Virus record (IMG/VR): IMGVR_UViG_3300024308_000009 | Coordinates: 1 to 57,043 of that record | DNA from: a virus | Direction: 5' to 3' (one strand) | DNA length: 57,043 nt | Shown: positions 41,975-52,461 of the stretch, piece by piece | Numbering within the stretch: the first letter of the stretch is position 1 | How the letters are laid out: each line of letters opens with the position of its first letter | The notes under the pieces: model-generated | Told to the model about the DNA's origin: nothing | The model's input: the letters and a program-made list of their open reading frames with translations, nothing else | Database searches by the model: none | Translations under genes and position numbers: made by a program

Positions 41975-43066
41975 ATGGCTAAAACTGACCAAGAGTTACA
42001 GCAAGCGATCCTAAACGGTGACATGGTATCTATCGAATCATTCATTGATGAGTTCGAGGATGAGGACGACGATTTAGGTGATGGTGAAGAAGACGTATCA
42101 GACTTAGATAGCGATGATGAAATCGATGGTGAAGTCAGTGACGACTTAGAAAGCGGCAAAAAAGCCGAAACCAGCGATGAAGACAAAGCCGATAAAGGTA
42201 CTGAACAGGCCCCGTCAGCCTACCAACTAGCTGAAACTGAAGCTGATGGCGTTAAGCCTAAGCTTTTGTCAAAGGATGGTAAGCATGAGATCCCTTATGA
42301 GGTCCTTGAAACCACTCGTAAACGTACCGTTGAACTACAAGAGCAACTAGCAGAAGAGCGAAGACTCCGACAGGAAGCCCAAGCCAAGCTAGATAAGAAC
42401 ACTCGACAAGCTGAGTTGTTATCAAAACAGCTTCAAGAGGCCGGCATTGATCCTAGTCAATTGCCGGAAGATATGCAGTTAACGCCTGAAATGCTGGAGT
42501 CTATCGCTAACGACTACGGCGATCTTGGCAAAGCGATTGCCTATCTTGCATCTAAACAAAACGCTATTAACACGCCGGCAAAGGATAAGCCAGCAAGCGA
42601 GCCAGTAGCTCAACAGCCTAACCAAGAGTTCAAAGCGTATTACGACAGTAATCCAAAGCTTCAAGAAATCATGGCTAAGGAAGGTTCAGACGAGTTTGAC
42701 ACGCTTGATATGTTTTACAACAAAGTTAAAGTCTCTCCTGAGTTTAAGGATAAACCACTAGCAGCCCAGCTTGACGAAGCGATGGCCCGCACGATGCGGG
42801 TATTTGGTAAGGAGACCACAACAGCCAGTGACGCTAACGCTAATGCAGAAGCCGAAGCAAAGGCAAAGTTGATCGCTGAGGAAAAGCTCAACGCTGTTAG
42901 ATTAAGTTCCACGCCAGCTAGCCCGAGCGAAGTTGGCATTGCAGAAACAAGCAAGCCCAAAGCTATTGACCGGGCAAGATCTGCAAGCGGGCAAGACCTA
43001 CTTAATATTATGGCCGAGCTATCTCCTCAGGAGTTAGAGGCCCTTCTTGACGAATCAATGGATTAA
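41975..43066 (+). CDS. Scaffolding protein
   Basis: 363 aa with an acidic N-terminus (DEFEDEDDDLGDGEEDVSDLDSDDE) and coiled coils. Lies immediately upstream of the capsid gene. RBS AGGAG. Confidence 0.65.
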   Translation: MAKTDQELQQAILNGDMVSIESFIDEFEDEDDDLGDGEEDVSDLDSDDEIDGEVSDDLESGKKAETSDEDKADKGTEQAPSAYQLAETEADGVKPKLLSKDGKHEIPYEVLETTRKRTVELQEQLAEERRLRQEAQAKLDKNTRQAELLSKQLQEAGIDPSQLPEDMQLTPEMLESIANDYGDLGKAIAYLASKQNAINTPAKDKPASEPVAQQPNQEFKAYYDSNPKLQEIMAKEGSDEFDTLDMFYNKVKVSPEFKDKPLAAQLDEAMARTMRVFGKETTTASDANANAEAEAKAKLIAEEKLNAVRLSSTPASPSEVGIAETSKPKAIDRARSASGQDLLNIMAELSPQELEALLDESMD

Positions 43067-43071
43067 AAACT

Positions 43072-44268
43072 ATGGCTATGAAACCAGGTAATGAAAAGGT
43101 ATTTAGCGCCGCTCTCTTTATGGAGACGTGCCGTAAACACTCCTTTAAAAACATGCTGACTGGTGCCGCTCCTACCGCGGCAAAGTCTAACTCAAACCAA
43201 ACAGAACGCGGCGCGCCTGTTGTTCGTGTTACCGATTTAAACAGTAAGGCCGGCGATACAGTATCAATGGACGTGTTCCATGAGCTGAGCGAAGGTGTTT
43301 TCATCGGTGATGAAAAAATCGAAGGCCGCGGCGAAGATCTCAACAAGACAGAGTTCGAAGCTGTCATTAACCAAGTGCGCAAGCCGGTTAACATTGGCGG
43401 CCGCATGTCGCAAAAGCGTACCAGCAAAAACCTAGCGGCAGTTGCTAAGGTACTTCTTGGTAACTACTACCGCGATCTGATGGACGAAAAGATGATTTAC
43501 CATCTGGCAGGCGACCGCGGCTACCTGGTAGATGCAAAAACCAAGATCCCGCTAGCTAGCAACTCTCGCTTTGCTGAGATCATGATTAACCCGGTAACGG
43601 CTCCAACCTATGATCGTCACTTCTACGCTGGCGATGCCACTAGCTTTGAAAACTTGGACTCTGCCGACTTAATGACTATCGAAGCCATTAAGAACATTCG
43701 CCTGTATTTGGATGAGTCTAGCAACCCATTACAACCAGTAATGTACGGTGCAGATGAAATGGCAGGTGAAAGCCCATTCCATGTAATGTATATCACTCCT
43801 CGCCAGTGGAAAGATATGCAGGACAGCGCGACTACAAAGGACTACAACCAAATGGTTGCGCAGGCCGTAGCGCGTAGCAATGGCTTTAATCACCCGCTGT
43901 TCAAAGGCGACGTGATCATGGTAGACAACATTCTTGTTCGTAAGTACAACCGCCCAGTTAGATTCATGACTGGCAACACAGCGAACATTTCTACCAACTC
44001 AAAAAATGCTGCTACCGCCGTCAAAGTCGCTGGCACAAACATTGAGCGTGCTATTGTACTAGGTGCGCAGGCTCTGGCTGACTGCTATGGCACATCCGGC
44101 AACACCACTCCGTTTAAATACTGGGAAGGTGAAGTTGACCATGGTAATGGCAAAGAAGCCTCGATCTCTTGGTACGAAGGTATGAAGAAGATCCGCTTTG
44201 CTTGCTCAGATGGTTATGTCCGTGACAACGGCGTTATCGTTGTGGACTCTGCGGTTAAGGGTCTGTAA
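43072..44268 (+). CDS. Major capsid protein
   Basis: 398 aa. Position after the scaffold, followed by a hairpin. Size is typical of HK97-fold podophage capsid proteins. Confidence 0.7.
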   Translation: MAMKPGNEKVFSAALFMETCRKHSFKNMLTGAAPTAAKSNSNQTERGAPVVRVTDLNSKAGDTVSMDVFHELSEGVFIGDEKIEGRGEDLNKTEFEAVINQVRKPVNIGGRMSQKRTSKNLAAVAKVLLGNYYRDLMDEKMIYHLAGDRGYLVDAKTKIPLASNSRFAEIMINPVTAPTYDRHFYAGDATSFENLDSADLMTIEAIKNIRLYLDESSNPLQPVMYGADEMAGESPFHVMYITPRQWKDMQDSATTKDYNQMVAQAVARSNGFNHPLFKGDVIMVDNILVRKYNRPVRFMTGNTANISTNSKNAATAVKVAGTNIERAIVLGAQALADCYGTSGNTTPFKYWEGEVDHGNGKEASISWYEGMKKIRFACSDGYVRDNGVIVVDSAVKGL

Positions 44269-44282
44269 TCATTAACTAGGCT

Positions 44283-44302
44283 AAGGGGTCTTTGGGCCCC
44301 TT
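44283..44302 (+). terminator. Hairpin after the capsid gene (no T-run)
   Basis: aagggg-tctttggg-cccctt. Confidence 0.35.
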
Positions 44303-44329
44303 AATACTAAAATTTTACGGGATTTAAAT

Positions 44330-44731
44330 ATGGCTACTATTCAAGGCCAATCGGCCAACCAAGGTTTTTACGGCGGTACTCATGGCAACATGTCTACTGC
44401 AATTGGCAAGTTCACTGGCACAGCAGCAATCAACGACGTGATCGTCCTAGGTAATCTGCCTCAGGGTTTGATTATTAAGCGTGTATCTGCCGGTACAGCT
44501 GTTGCCAACGCATCAACAACTATCGATATCAACGCAGTCAAAGAAGATGGCTCATCAGTCGTTCTTGCTACCGCTCTCGATGTTAACAACAAAGTCAGCT
44601 CTAAAGACCTCATGCCAGTTGAAACCGGCTTTAGCTCGGTTGAGATTCAGGCTGTTGTCAAAGGCGGCACCATTGCGGCAGGTTCAAACCTGACGATTTA
44701 CGTTGAATACTTGGCAGTTGGCACTAAGTAA
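44330..44731 (+). CDS. Putative head decoration/auxiliary capsid protein
   Basis: 133 aa, beta-rich, directly after the capsid gene. Confidence 0.4.
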   Translation: MATIQGQSANQGFYGGTHGNMSTAIGKFTGTAAINDVIVLGNLPQGLIIKRVSAGTAVANASTTIDINAVKEDGSSVVLATALDVNNKVSSKDLMPVETGFSSVEIQAVVKGGTIAAGSNLTIYVEYLAVGTK

Positions 44732-44756
44732 CAAGCCATCTAAGTAACCACCACAC

Positions 44757-44784
44757 AATGCCCGGCTATTGTCGGGCATTTCAT
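44757..44784 (+). terminator. Terminator-like hairpin
   Basis: aatgcccg-gctattgt-cgggcatt followed by tcat. Confidence 0.45.
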
Positions 44785-44789
44785 AGAGA

Positions 44790-45272
44790 ATGATCGCCAT
44801 GGAAAAGAATCTACTAGCTAACTCAACAGCAACAACTCAAATCATGTATATCGGACCTAAGGCTATCAAAGAAGATACCGTCTCAGGCTATTACCCTAAA
44901 ATCAAATTCAAGCGCAATCAACCCACAGAAGTGCCATTGATCGTTGCATCTTCTCTGCTATCGTTTGACTGCTTTGTGCAGGTCGATGAAGACTCTATTG
45001 AACAGGTCAAGCGATCTCAAGAAGCAGAAGCAGAAGCGCTCAAAAAAGAGCAGGAGCAAGCTGAACTTCTTAAACAGCAAGAGCTTGATGCCGCCGACAC
45101 TGTTGTCGTTGTAGATGACGCTGATATCGATCTTGGCAAGCTAACCTTTGGTGCGCTTGATGCGTTTATCGAAGCTAACGAGCTCAATATTCGCCGTGAA
45201 GATGGCGAGCCAAAAGAGTTATTTTGCTTGCGCGTGCGTGATGCTTACCGCGCAAAATCAACAAAAGAATAA
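44790..45272 (+). CDS. Hypothetical virion-module protein
   Basis: 160-aa ORF (alternative start 44799). Confidence 0.5.
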   Translation: MIAMEKNLLANSTATTQIMYIGPKAIKEDTVSGYYPKIKFKRNQPTEVPLIVASSLLSFDCFVQVDEDSIEQVKRSQEAEAEALKKEQEQAELLKQQELDAADTVVVVDDADIDLGKLTFGALDAFIEANELNIRREDGEPKELFCLRVRDAYRAKSTKE

Positions 45273-45286
45273 CCAGGACAGAATAG

Positions 45287-45847
45287 ATGGACATTAAAGA
45301 CTTTTTGCCAGAGCTTAGAAAGATGATTCAAGGCCCATTGCAAACGGCGATGGTAGATGAGCTGCTAACATCGGCAATCAACTTCTGTAAAGAGGCCAAG
45401 ATCATTAGGCAAACGGCAAACGTTCAAAGCAAGGAAGCAGGCGAAGAGATGGCGATTGTTAGCGCAGATCCGGCCCTTGTACCTTGGGGGGTGGTGTCCG
45501 TCTATTCTGATGGCAACAAGCTTAACCGAGGTACTGACTACCTGCAGGACAGCAGAGCCAAGATCACATTTATCAAGAAATTTGATAATTTAACCGTGAA
45601 TTTCTGGTGTTATCCTACTGACAAGGCGCAGTTACCAGACGAGCTATCTGGCTATGCAACATCAATATGCTCAGGCGCGGCCAGTAAGTTGTTTTTGCAG
45701 CCTAGGCGCCAATGGTTTAGCGCAGAGCTTTCAAATTTTCATAAGCGTGAGTTCGTTGAAGGGTATCGAAAAGCTTGGCGAGAGGTCGAGTCTGATGAGT
45801 TCGGCGAATTTCAAAACCCAAATGTAACCGTATCATTCTGGATATAA
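45287..45847 (+). CDS. Putative head-tail adaptor/connector
   Basis: 186 aa. The call is from position only. Confidence 0.35.
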   Translation: MDIKDFLPELRKMIQGPLQTAMVDELLTSAINFCKEAKIIRQTANVQSKEAGEEMAIVSADPALVPWGVVSVYSDGNKLNRGTDYLQDSRAKITFIKKFDNLTVNFWCYPTDKAQLPDELSGYATSICSGAASKLFLQPRRQWFSAELSNFHKREFVEGYRKAWREVESDEFGEFQNPNVTVSFWI

Positions 45848-45851
45848 AATC

Positions 45852-46490
45852 ATGGCTAAAGATACCATTAAAGTAATTGTTGATAAGGTAAACGATCAGT
45901 TGGTTGATGATGGATTTGTCCGATGGCCTAAAGAAAAGCTGATCGCACTATTCAACGATGCTCAGCGAGCGGTGATAATTATCAGGCCTGATGCCAATGT
46001 TATAGAGCACGACTTTATTTGCGTTCAAGGCACAAAGCAATCTCTTCCTGATGACGGAATTAGGCTTGTTGATGTAAGAAACAATGCTGCCGGCTACGCC
46101 ATTAAATACCGTGATAGAGCTGAAATAACTGAACTTTACCCGGAATGGTACGGGACCAAAGATGAAGCAAATCCAGAAGCATTTATTTATGACGAACGCC
46201 AGCCTAAACGCTTTTTTATTTTCCCAGGTGCGCCTGCTGGACTGGTTATAGAAATAGCCTATTCTGCAACCCCTCCACAGCGATTAGCTAGTGAGTACGA
46301 TGCTGGAGTGGCAGATCTCGATAACGTTTACTCTAACGCGATCATCGAGTACATGCTTTACATGGCCCACTCTAAAGACTTCGAGTATAGCGAGCAAGCC
46401 AAGGCTCAAACGCACTTCCAAATGTTTAACGCGATCCTTGGCATGAAGTCAGAAGCTGATATCGGCATGACACCAACTAACAAAAATTAA
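45852..46490 (+). CDS. Hypothetical virion structural protein
   Basis: 212 aa. The call is from position only. Confidence 0.4.
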   Translation: MAKDTIKVIVDKVNDQLVDDGFVRWPKEKLIALFNDAQRAVIIIRPDANVIEHDFICVQGTKQSLPDDGIRLVDVRNNAAGYAIKYRDRAEITELYPEWYGTKDEANPEAFIYDERQPKRFFIFPGAPAGLVIEIAYSATPPQRLASEYDAGVADLDNVYSNAIIEYMLYMAHSKDFEYSEQAKAQTHFQMFNAILGMKSEADIGMTPTNKN

Positions 46491-46499
46491 GGATAGAAA

Positions 46500-49400
46500 A
46501 TGTCTTATAGCTGGTTTAGAAGCGGGACCTGTACAGTCGCTAACGGCTCTGATGTAGTACGGTTTCAAAACGCGCAACTTACAACGTCACCGACTAAACC
46601 AGTTGAGGGCGACGCCTTCACTATTGACGGGACCAAGTTCTATGAAACGATTTTCATAGGATCTGACTCTGCTGGCGAATATATCAAGCTGCAACAGCCA
46701 TACAGCGGCGCCTCAGCTTCAAATGCTAAATATGCTATAGCCCGCTTTGCTTCAGGAACTCAAAACGCAAAGCTTGTTGCTATGGCCACAGCAGCTATTA
46801 ATCAAAAGCAAATAAGCCTGGATGATATGGAAGAGTGGTTCACGTCAACGAGTGACACTGTTGATTTTTCCAATCCAGATGGGTCCATATCTACAATAAC
46901 CACCTATCACAAGCTAACAAAGGAAATATCAGCTGTTGGAGGTAACTCGGCTGAAATATCAACAGTAGCAGCAAACATAGCCAGCATTACAAATGTTAGC
47001 GGCAATATGACTGCGGTTATTGACGCAAAACCTCAAGCAGATAGATCAAAGTTAGAAGCGGATAGAGCAGAAGAAGCAGCGGATAGAGCGGAAGCTGCAG
47101 AAAACACAGTTATTGCACAAGGTAACACTCAAGTTTCTAGGGTTTTATCAGAAGGCAATACTCAAGTAGGTTTGGTTGTTAGCTCTGGTGATCAACAAGT
47201 ATCAAGAGTTATTTCTGAAGGTGGATCCCAAGTAGCACTAGCAACGGCTCAGGCCGACAGGGCCAAAGATGAGGCAGACAAGGCGAGTATATCTGCATCA
47301 TCTATTTATGGTATGTCACAGGCACAATTTGAAGCTATCAGAGAGCAGAATAAAGAGAAGTATGCTGCAAGTGGTTTTGTTCACTTTGGTAAGCATGCAA
47401 AAGCACCACCAACTGCTACACCTATTAATGAGGGTTTGTGGAGTTATATAGATGTTAGCACTACTAACAAACTCTTTATTGGACGAGTATCAACAAGCGT
47501 TAAGGATGGTAAGTCAAAAAATGATTCGGCATCAATTAATATCGCAGGAGTAATTTTTGACTTGTCAGCAACTCCTAATGGAGAATGGGACATTAAATTC
47601 CCTCAAGCACCGGACGGGAAAACTACATACAACAAATCAACTGGCGTTATCACTACTCACACCACTGTTACCGCAGCCTTTAATGCACAAGCGGCTGACC
47701 CAACCAATGTAGAAGTAGTAACTGACCGTGTTGATATGTGGGGATTTGAGGCTTGGTTAGAAGAAGTAAATACAACCAATCCTTACGTCTACCCTAATGG
47801 TTTGATTCAATCTCAAGCTACAACTATGGATGGTATTGCCACTTCATCAAGTGCTAGACCAGTTACTTATTATGCTGCTTTTCTAGGGGATACTGGTTCA
47901 AAAGGTAAAGGGGTAAACTTCTTTACACTGACAGATGCACAAAAGAAAAAGGTATTAGGTAAGGCTAAGAACAATCTTTACTACTTAGATGATGGTCGGT
48001 TAGTTCAGTGGAGGCTGAGACAGAGGACTATTGCTGGAGCTGGTAATAGGGATTGGGAAGTGTTGCAGACGGCTATACCAAATGCGATTCTTTATAGTGG
48101 CGCTAACGGATATTTGCGATTGCAAGGCAAATTGGATTCTATCGCAGCACAGTTTGGTAATGATGATGGTACTATTGCCTACTCGCAAGGGTCTTCAAAC
48201 AATCCAGATTATGCTAGAGGCGGTTTGGGGTTAAATGGGGCTAGAAGCCCACTTTTGTCTGACGGGGCAGAGTGCTACTTCCTAGTCTGTGGCACGGTTA
48301 ACCGATTAAACCAAGGGGCTTATCATCCTAGTTTTAACCCTAGGGGTGCAAGTCAATTCACCGACTATAGTGGTATGAATGCTGTTTTATGGCACGCTGG
48401 CAACCAACCCTTAGTTAGTCAGATTTTGCAATGTTTTAACTACGGCTACGGTTATCCTGTGTCTGGTGGAAACGTAACAACCCCAACAATTTTTGTGGCC
48501 ACTGGTAACATTGGGGGTTACCCGGGTAGGCCAGACAACCGTTGCTACGATGCCATCTATGCGGATGGTCAAGGTGGAGTTTGTCGTGATATGCGTTATT
48601 CTGCTAATGGGGTTGATTCAGTAGACTTTGCAGAAGCAGACCAAAGAGTTAAGAACGGTACGTATAGAGGGTTTGAGAAGTTGGTTTTTACTCGCGCATA
48701 CCCACCAAGAACAATACAAACCATACCAAATGCTGACGTTGCAGTTACAGGAAATAGGCTAAGAACTGGGCTTTCTCATTCATGCTCGGTTGGTGACTTT
48801 ATTTATATACATGGCAAAAAGTATGTTGTGCAAAATGCTGTAGACCAGCAAGATTTGCGTCTTGATAGGGATATAGAGCTTGATGGTATGACAGTGGTTG
48901 GAGAGGCGAATGGCTGGTATGGGTTTTCATGCCCCATAAAGCTTGTGATATCAGAATCCATAACATCCTCAGTGGGCGGTTCATTCCTGCAAACAGATGT
49001 TATTGGTAATCCTGCTAATATCCTAGCTACTCCAGCATTAGCCAATGGTTGGCAAGGCAGTTGGGGAGGATTGCCTTATGGTGGTGGTGTACCCAAGGTT
49101 GGTACTAGGAAGATGATTGCTAGCGGGGAACTTACTTATAGTATTAATAATGGCGCCACATGGGGTACAGGACAGTTACCTCAACCCAATGCAGGGAATG
49201 AGGTTACATCAACATACAGCGATTATGATATACGTATCTGCCAATACCAAGCCTTCTCTAAGCAGACTGAGAATGCAGTGAATGCACCTGTTTATGGTGG
49301 TGATGTAGGTACTGGCAAGCTTTCTGCCACATCTTGGAATGCTGTTGGTAATGGAATGGTTCTACTTGCTGAGTCATGCGCTGGTGTCATTCTTAAAAGC

Positions 49401-49760
49401 AATAACGGCTATCCCGATATTGATATGGGGATAGCCGTCACCAAAAGCCATATAATCGTTGGCTGTACCCTTGGGCATGACCCAAACCAAAGACCCGAAC
49501 ATCACCCAATTTACATGCAAGCTCCTTTAAACAATTCGCCAGCATTTAAAGCTCTTAACTACAACGTAAATCTAAATCAGCAAGCATTTATCCAGTATGC
49601 CTACACCGAGCTTAAACACAACGGTACAAACTGGGGAGATGATGGCAAGGTGACTATTGTTGATAACCAATCAACTAAGACAGACTTAAATGGCAATACC
49701 GTTTTAGTGGGTACGGCCAAACTCAAAGAGCCAATCGGTTGGATTAAGAACAAGGTGTAA
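46500..49760 (+). CDS. Tail fibre/spike protein
   Basis: 1,086 aa. Short repeats EGNTQVSRVLSEGNTQVGLVVSSGDQQVSRVISEGGSQVA and an ADRAEEAADRAEAAE coiled region. Large beta-rich C-terminus. Confidence 0.55.
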   Translation: MSYSWFRSGTCTVANGSDVVRFQNAQLTTSPTKPVEGDAFTIDGTKFYETIFIGSDSAGEYIKLQQPYSGASASNAKYAIARFASGTQNAKLVAMATAAINQKQISLDDMEEWFTSTSDTVDFSNPDGSISTITTYHKLTKEISAVGGNSAEISTVAANIASITNVSGNMTAVIDAKPQADRSKLEADRAEEAADRAEAAENTVIAQGNTQVSRVLSEGNTQVGLVVSSGDQQVSRVISEGGSQVALATAQADRAKDEADKASISASSIYGMSQAQFEAIREQNKEKYAASGFVHFGKHAKAPPTATPINEGLWSYIDVSTTNKLFIGRVSTSVKDGKSKNDSASINIAGVIFDLSATPNGEWDIKFPQAPDGKTTYNKSTGVITTHTTVTAAFNAQAADPTNVEVVTDRVDMWGFEAWLEEVNTTNPYVYPNGLIQSQATTMDGIATSSSARPVTYYAAFLGDTGSKGKGVNFFTLTDAQKKKVLGKAKNNLYYLDDGRLVQWRLRQRTIAGAGNRDWEVLQTAIPNAILYSGANGYLRLQGKLDSIAAQFGNDDGTIAYSQGSSNNPDYARGGLGLNGARSPLLSDGAECYFLVCGTVNRLNQGAYHPSFNPRGASQFTDYSGMNAVLWHAGNQPLVSQILQCFNYGYGYPVSGGNVTTPTIFVATGNIGGYPGRPDNRCYDAIYADGQGGVCRDMRYSANGVDSVDFAEADQRVKNGTYRGFEKLVFTRAYPPRTIQTIPNADVAVTGNRLRTGLSHSCSVGDFIYIHGKKYVVQNAVDQQDLRLDRDIELDGMTVVGEANGWYGFSCPIKLVISESITSSVGGSFLQTDVIGNPANILATPALANGWQGSWGGLPYGGGVPKVGTRKMIASGELTYSINNGATWGTGQLPQPNAGNEVTSTYSDYDIRICQYQAFSKQTENAVNAPVYGGDVGTGKLSATSWNAVGNGMVLLAESCAGVILKSNNGYPDIDMGIAVTKSHIIVGCTLGHDPNQRPEHHPIYMQAPLNNSPAFKALNYNVNLNQQAFIQYAYTELKHNGTNWGDDGKVTIVDNQSTKTDLNGNTVLVGTAKLKEPIGWIKNKV

Positions 49761-49771
49761 AGGGGTTCGCT

Positions 49772-50422
49772 ATGCCAGATTTAACGATGTTTTACGAACT
49801 CGATAAGTCGGGTTCGCCGGTGCTCGATGAGCACAAACAGCCAGTAATTCTCCATCGGCCAGAGTCAAAATCTCTGGACGATGTGCTTTTGGTCACTCGC
49901 TTACATGCCTATAATCCAGCAATGCACCATGTAATCGATAAGTTTATCGGGCTGTACGCTGTCACGCTGCAATGGGATTGGTTAGAGCAGTATCAATACT
50001 GGCTAGAGCGTAAAGCTCAAGCCGAGGTGTTGCCAGAGATTGATCTCGATAGCGAGATTGAGCCGCGACTGTTTGAGCCGTTCGCCGAGCCTGCGCCACT
50101 GCGCCCCGAGTTGTTGCCGGTGGCGCAGTATCGCGAAGTGTTGCTAATCGATGGCGTGAGTATCGATGAGTATCTATTCCGTGTGGTGCGGGCCAATGCT
50201 GTTAACTCGATAACGGTTGAGGTTGACGACTTAGTGTTTGATGGCGATGAAGATAGCCAGCGGAGAATGCTGGCGGCAATCCATGCGTCAGAGGATGCCG
50301 GAATTACTTCCACAATTTGGCGGTTAGCGGACAATACAGAGCACGTTGTTACGTTAGAACAGTTAAAGTCGGCACACGCAAAGGCTATAATTGCCCAAGG
50401 CAAACTATGGACTAAGGGCTAA
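49772..50422 (+). CDS. DUF4376-like fibre-associated protein
   Basis: C-terminal VFDGDEDSQRRMLAAIHASEDAGITSTIWRLADNTEHVVTLEQLKSAH. Confidence 0.4.
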   Translation: MPDLTMFYELDKSGSPVLDEHKQPVILHRPESKSLDDVLLVTRLHAYNPAMHHVIDKFIGLYAVTLQWDWLEQYQYWLERKAQAEVLPEIDLDSEIEPRLFEPFAEPAPLRPELLPVAQYREVLLIDGVSIDEYLFRVVRANAVNSITVEVDDLVFDGDEDSQRRMLAAIHASEDAGITSTIWRLADNTEHVVTLEQLKSAHAKAIIAQGKLWTKG

Positions 50423-50424
50423 AT

Positions 50425-52461
50425 ATGCCAGTTATCAGGCTAGACACATTCAAAGGCGAGATCCCAAGCTATTCAGCAAACCTACTTCCCAATGATGCAT
50501 CGGCCTACGCGCTAGATTGCCATTTCGATGACGGCACGCTAAACCCTATCATGGTTAACCTAGACACTGGCGAAAGTGTTAACTCAGGCACCAAATCAAT
50601 GTACCGTTATGAGGATCAATACTGGTTTTCGTGGACAGTAGACGTTGACGCAATAAAAAGCCCAGTGGCAAGGGATCCATGGCGCAGGGTGTATTGGACT
50701 GATGGGGTGTATCCAAAAGTCACATACAACACTATCTTTAATGGTGCAGGAACTTTGCCATCTAATAGCTATCAGTTAGGAGTACCTGCCCCAACAACAT
50801 CACCGACAATCACCTCGTTCACTAAGCCAGTTGATATTGAAAGCGCTGTAACTGTTTTCTATGTGACAACGTATGTCACTGAAGCAGGAGAAGAGGGGGC
50901 GCCAAGCCCTGTATCTGCTAGGGTGGAGTGCGCCCCTATCGGTGTCGAGGTTGACTCGAGTTCAGTTAGAAACTTAACACTAAGCTTTGAGAATGGGGCC
51001 TTAAAAATAGTCGATGCTGAAGGAACGGCCGTAACTGATTTTACCTATTCAAATGGAACAATATCTTGGAGCGAAAAGGCGCCAGCAAGTGGAAAGGATA
51101 TGTCCGTAACCGCTTCTCAGGTTGATGTGTTTGGCGCTATGACGCCAACTGTGAAGTACACAGCGAAGGTTGTTGCCACAGCAGGCACGCCAATACCAAA
51201 CAACCCAGTAGCAGGCGCGCCAACGGTTAACATAATTAGCGACGCAAATAACGACGGCTACTTAGTGCCATCAGAGATCCAAAATGGCACAGTTCAAATT
51301 TCTATCTTATTCAACGATGCAAACCTTAATGCTGGTGGCTATGCATCAATAAAGATAGTCAACGGCGGAGGTTCTGACGTAGCAAGCGAGGAAACCGGAC
51401 AGGTAACCTTGTCTATACAGACTCCAGGCGTTAACAGAAGCAATATTCAAAGGATCCACCTGTACCGCACAACTGCATCGGGTGACTTTTTATTAGTGGC
51501 AAACCTTCCAATTAGCCAGTCTACGTATGTCGATAAGTTGTCAGACGGCAAGTTAGGCGGGATATTATCCACTGAAACTTATGCCATGCCGCCAGAAGGG
51601 ATGAAAGGTCTTTGCTCAATGCCCAACGGCATCTGTGCTGGCTTTGTTCAGAACGAGGTTTTATTTTCAGAGGTTTATTTGCCTTACGCCTGGCCTGAAG
51701 AATATCGCTTCTCTATCGATTACGACATAGTCGCAATTGAGCCAATAGGATCTAGCTTGGTTGTTGGCACTACTGGCGATCCTTATCTCTATACCGGTAT
51801 TAGCCCAGGCAACATTGCGGGCCAGAAACTTGAGATTGCTCAGGCGTGTGTATCAAAAGCGTCGATGCTAAATATTGGTTACGCGGTCATATACGCTTGC
51901 CCTGATGGATTGGTTGCCGTGGCGCCAGACGGAATTAGGCTGGCAACTGAAGAGATTATCAAGCCAATGCAATGGCGCAACATGTTAGATCCTTCAACTA
52001 TCAAAGCGTACAGGCACGAGGCTAAATATATTGGCGTTCATAGCACTGGCGCGTTTGTGTTCGATATCGTTAACGGTGATTTTAGGCATCTTAACGACAG
52101 TTGGAATGCCGGGTTTACAGATCCAAAGGATGACACGCTATACATCGTCGACAAAACAAATGGAAGTGTTAAGAGATTCAGGGGCGGAAATACACCAAAG
52201 ACGCTCACTTGGAAGTCAAAAGAGTTCGACGCTATAGCTAAGTCGTTTTCATGCTGCCGCATTGTTAGCGATGACATTACCAAGGTTGAGTTTAATTTGT
52301 TTGTTGATGGCGTGCTGGCTTTTACAAAACCTAAGGGACAAGTTAAGCAAACATTCACACTGCCGTTTGTTATGGGTGACAAGTGGCAGTTTGAATTGAA
52401 ATCAGATTCACGAATAGAGAGCGTTAAGATTGCAACTTCAAAGCAGGAGCTTAAACCTTAA
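50425..52461 (+). CDS. Tail hub/tubular protein candidate
   Basis: 678 aa in the tail module. No tape-measure gene is present. Confidence 0.4.
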   Translation: MPVIRLDTFKGEIPSYSANLLPNDASAYALDCHFDDGTLNPIMVNLDTGESVNSGTKSMYRYEDQYWFSWTVDVDAIKSPVARDPWRRVYWTDGVYPKVTYNTIFNGAGTLPSNSYQLGVPAPTTSPTITSFTKPVDIESAVTVFYVTTYVTEAGEEGAPSPVSARVECAPIGVEVDSSSVRNLTLSFENGALKIVDAEGTAVTDFTYSNGTISWSEKAPASGKDMSVTASQVDVFGAMTPTVKYTAKVVATAGTPIPNNPVAGAPTVNIISDANNDGYLVPSEIQNGTVQISILFNDANLNAGGYASIKIVNGGGSDVASEETGQVTLSIQTPGVNRSNIQRIHLYRTTASGDFLLVANLPISQSTYVDKLSDGKLGGILSTETYAMPPEGMKGLCSMPNGICAGFVQNEVLFSEVYLPYAWPEEYRFSIDYDIVAIEPIGSSLVVGTTGDPYLYTGISPGNIAGQKLEIAQACVSKASMLNIGYAVIYACPDGLVAVAPDGIRLATEEIIKPMQWRNMLDPSTIKAYRHEAKYIGVHSTGAFVFDIVNGDFRHLNDSWNAGFTDPKDDTLYIVDKTNGSVKRFRGGNTPKTLTWKSKEFDAIAKSFSCCRIVSDDITKVEFNLFVDGVLAFTKPKGQVKQTFTLPFVMGDKWQFELKSDSRIESVKIATSKQELKP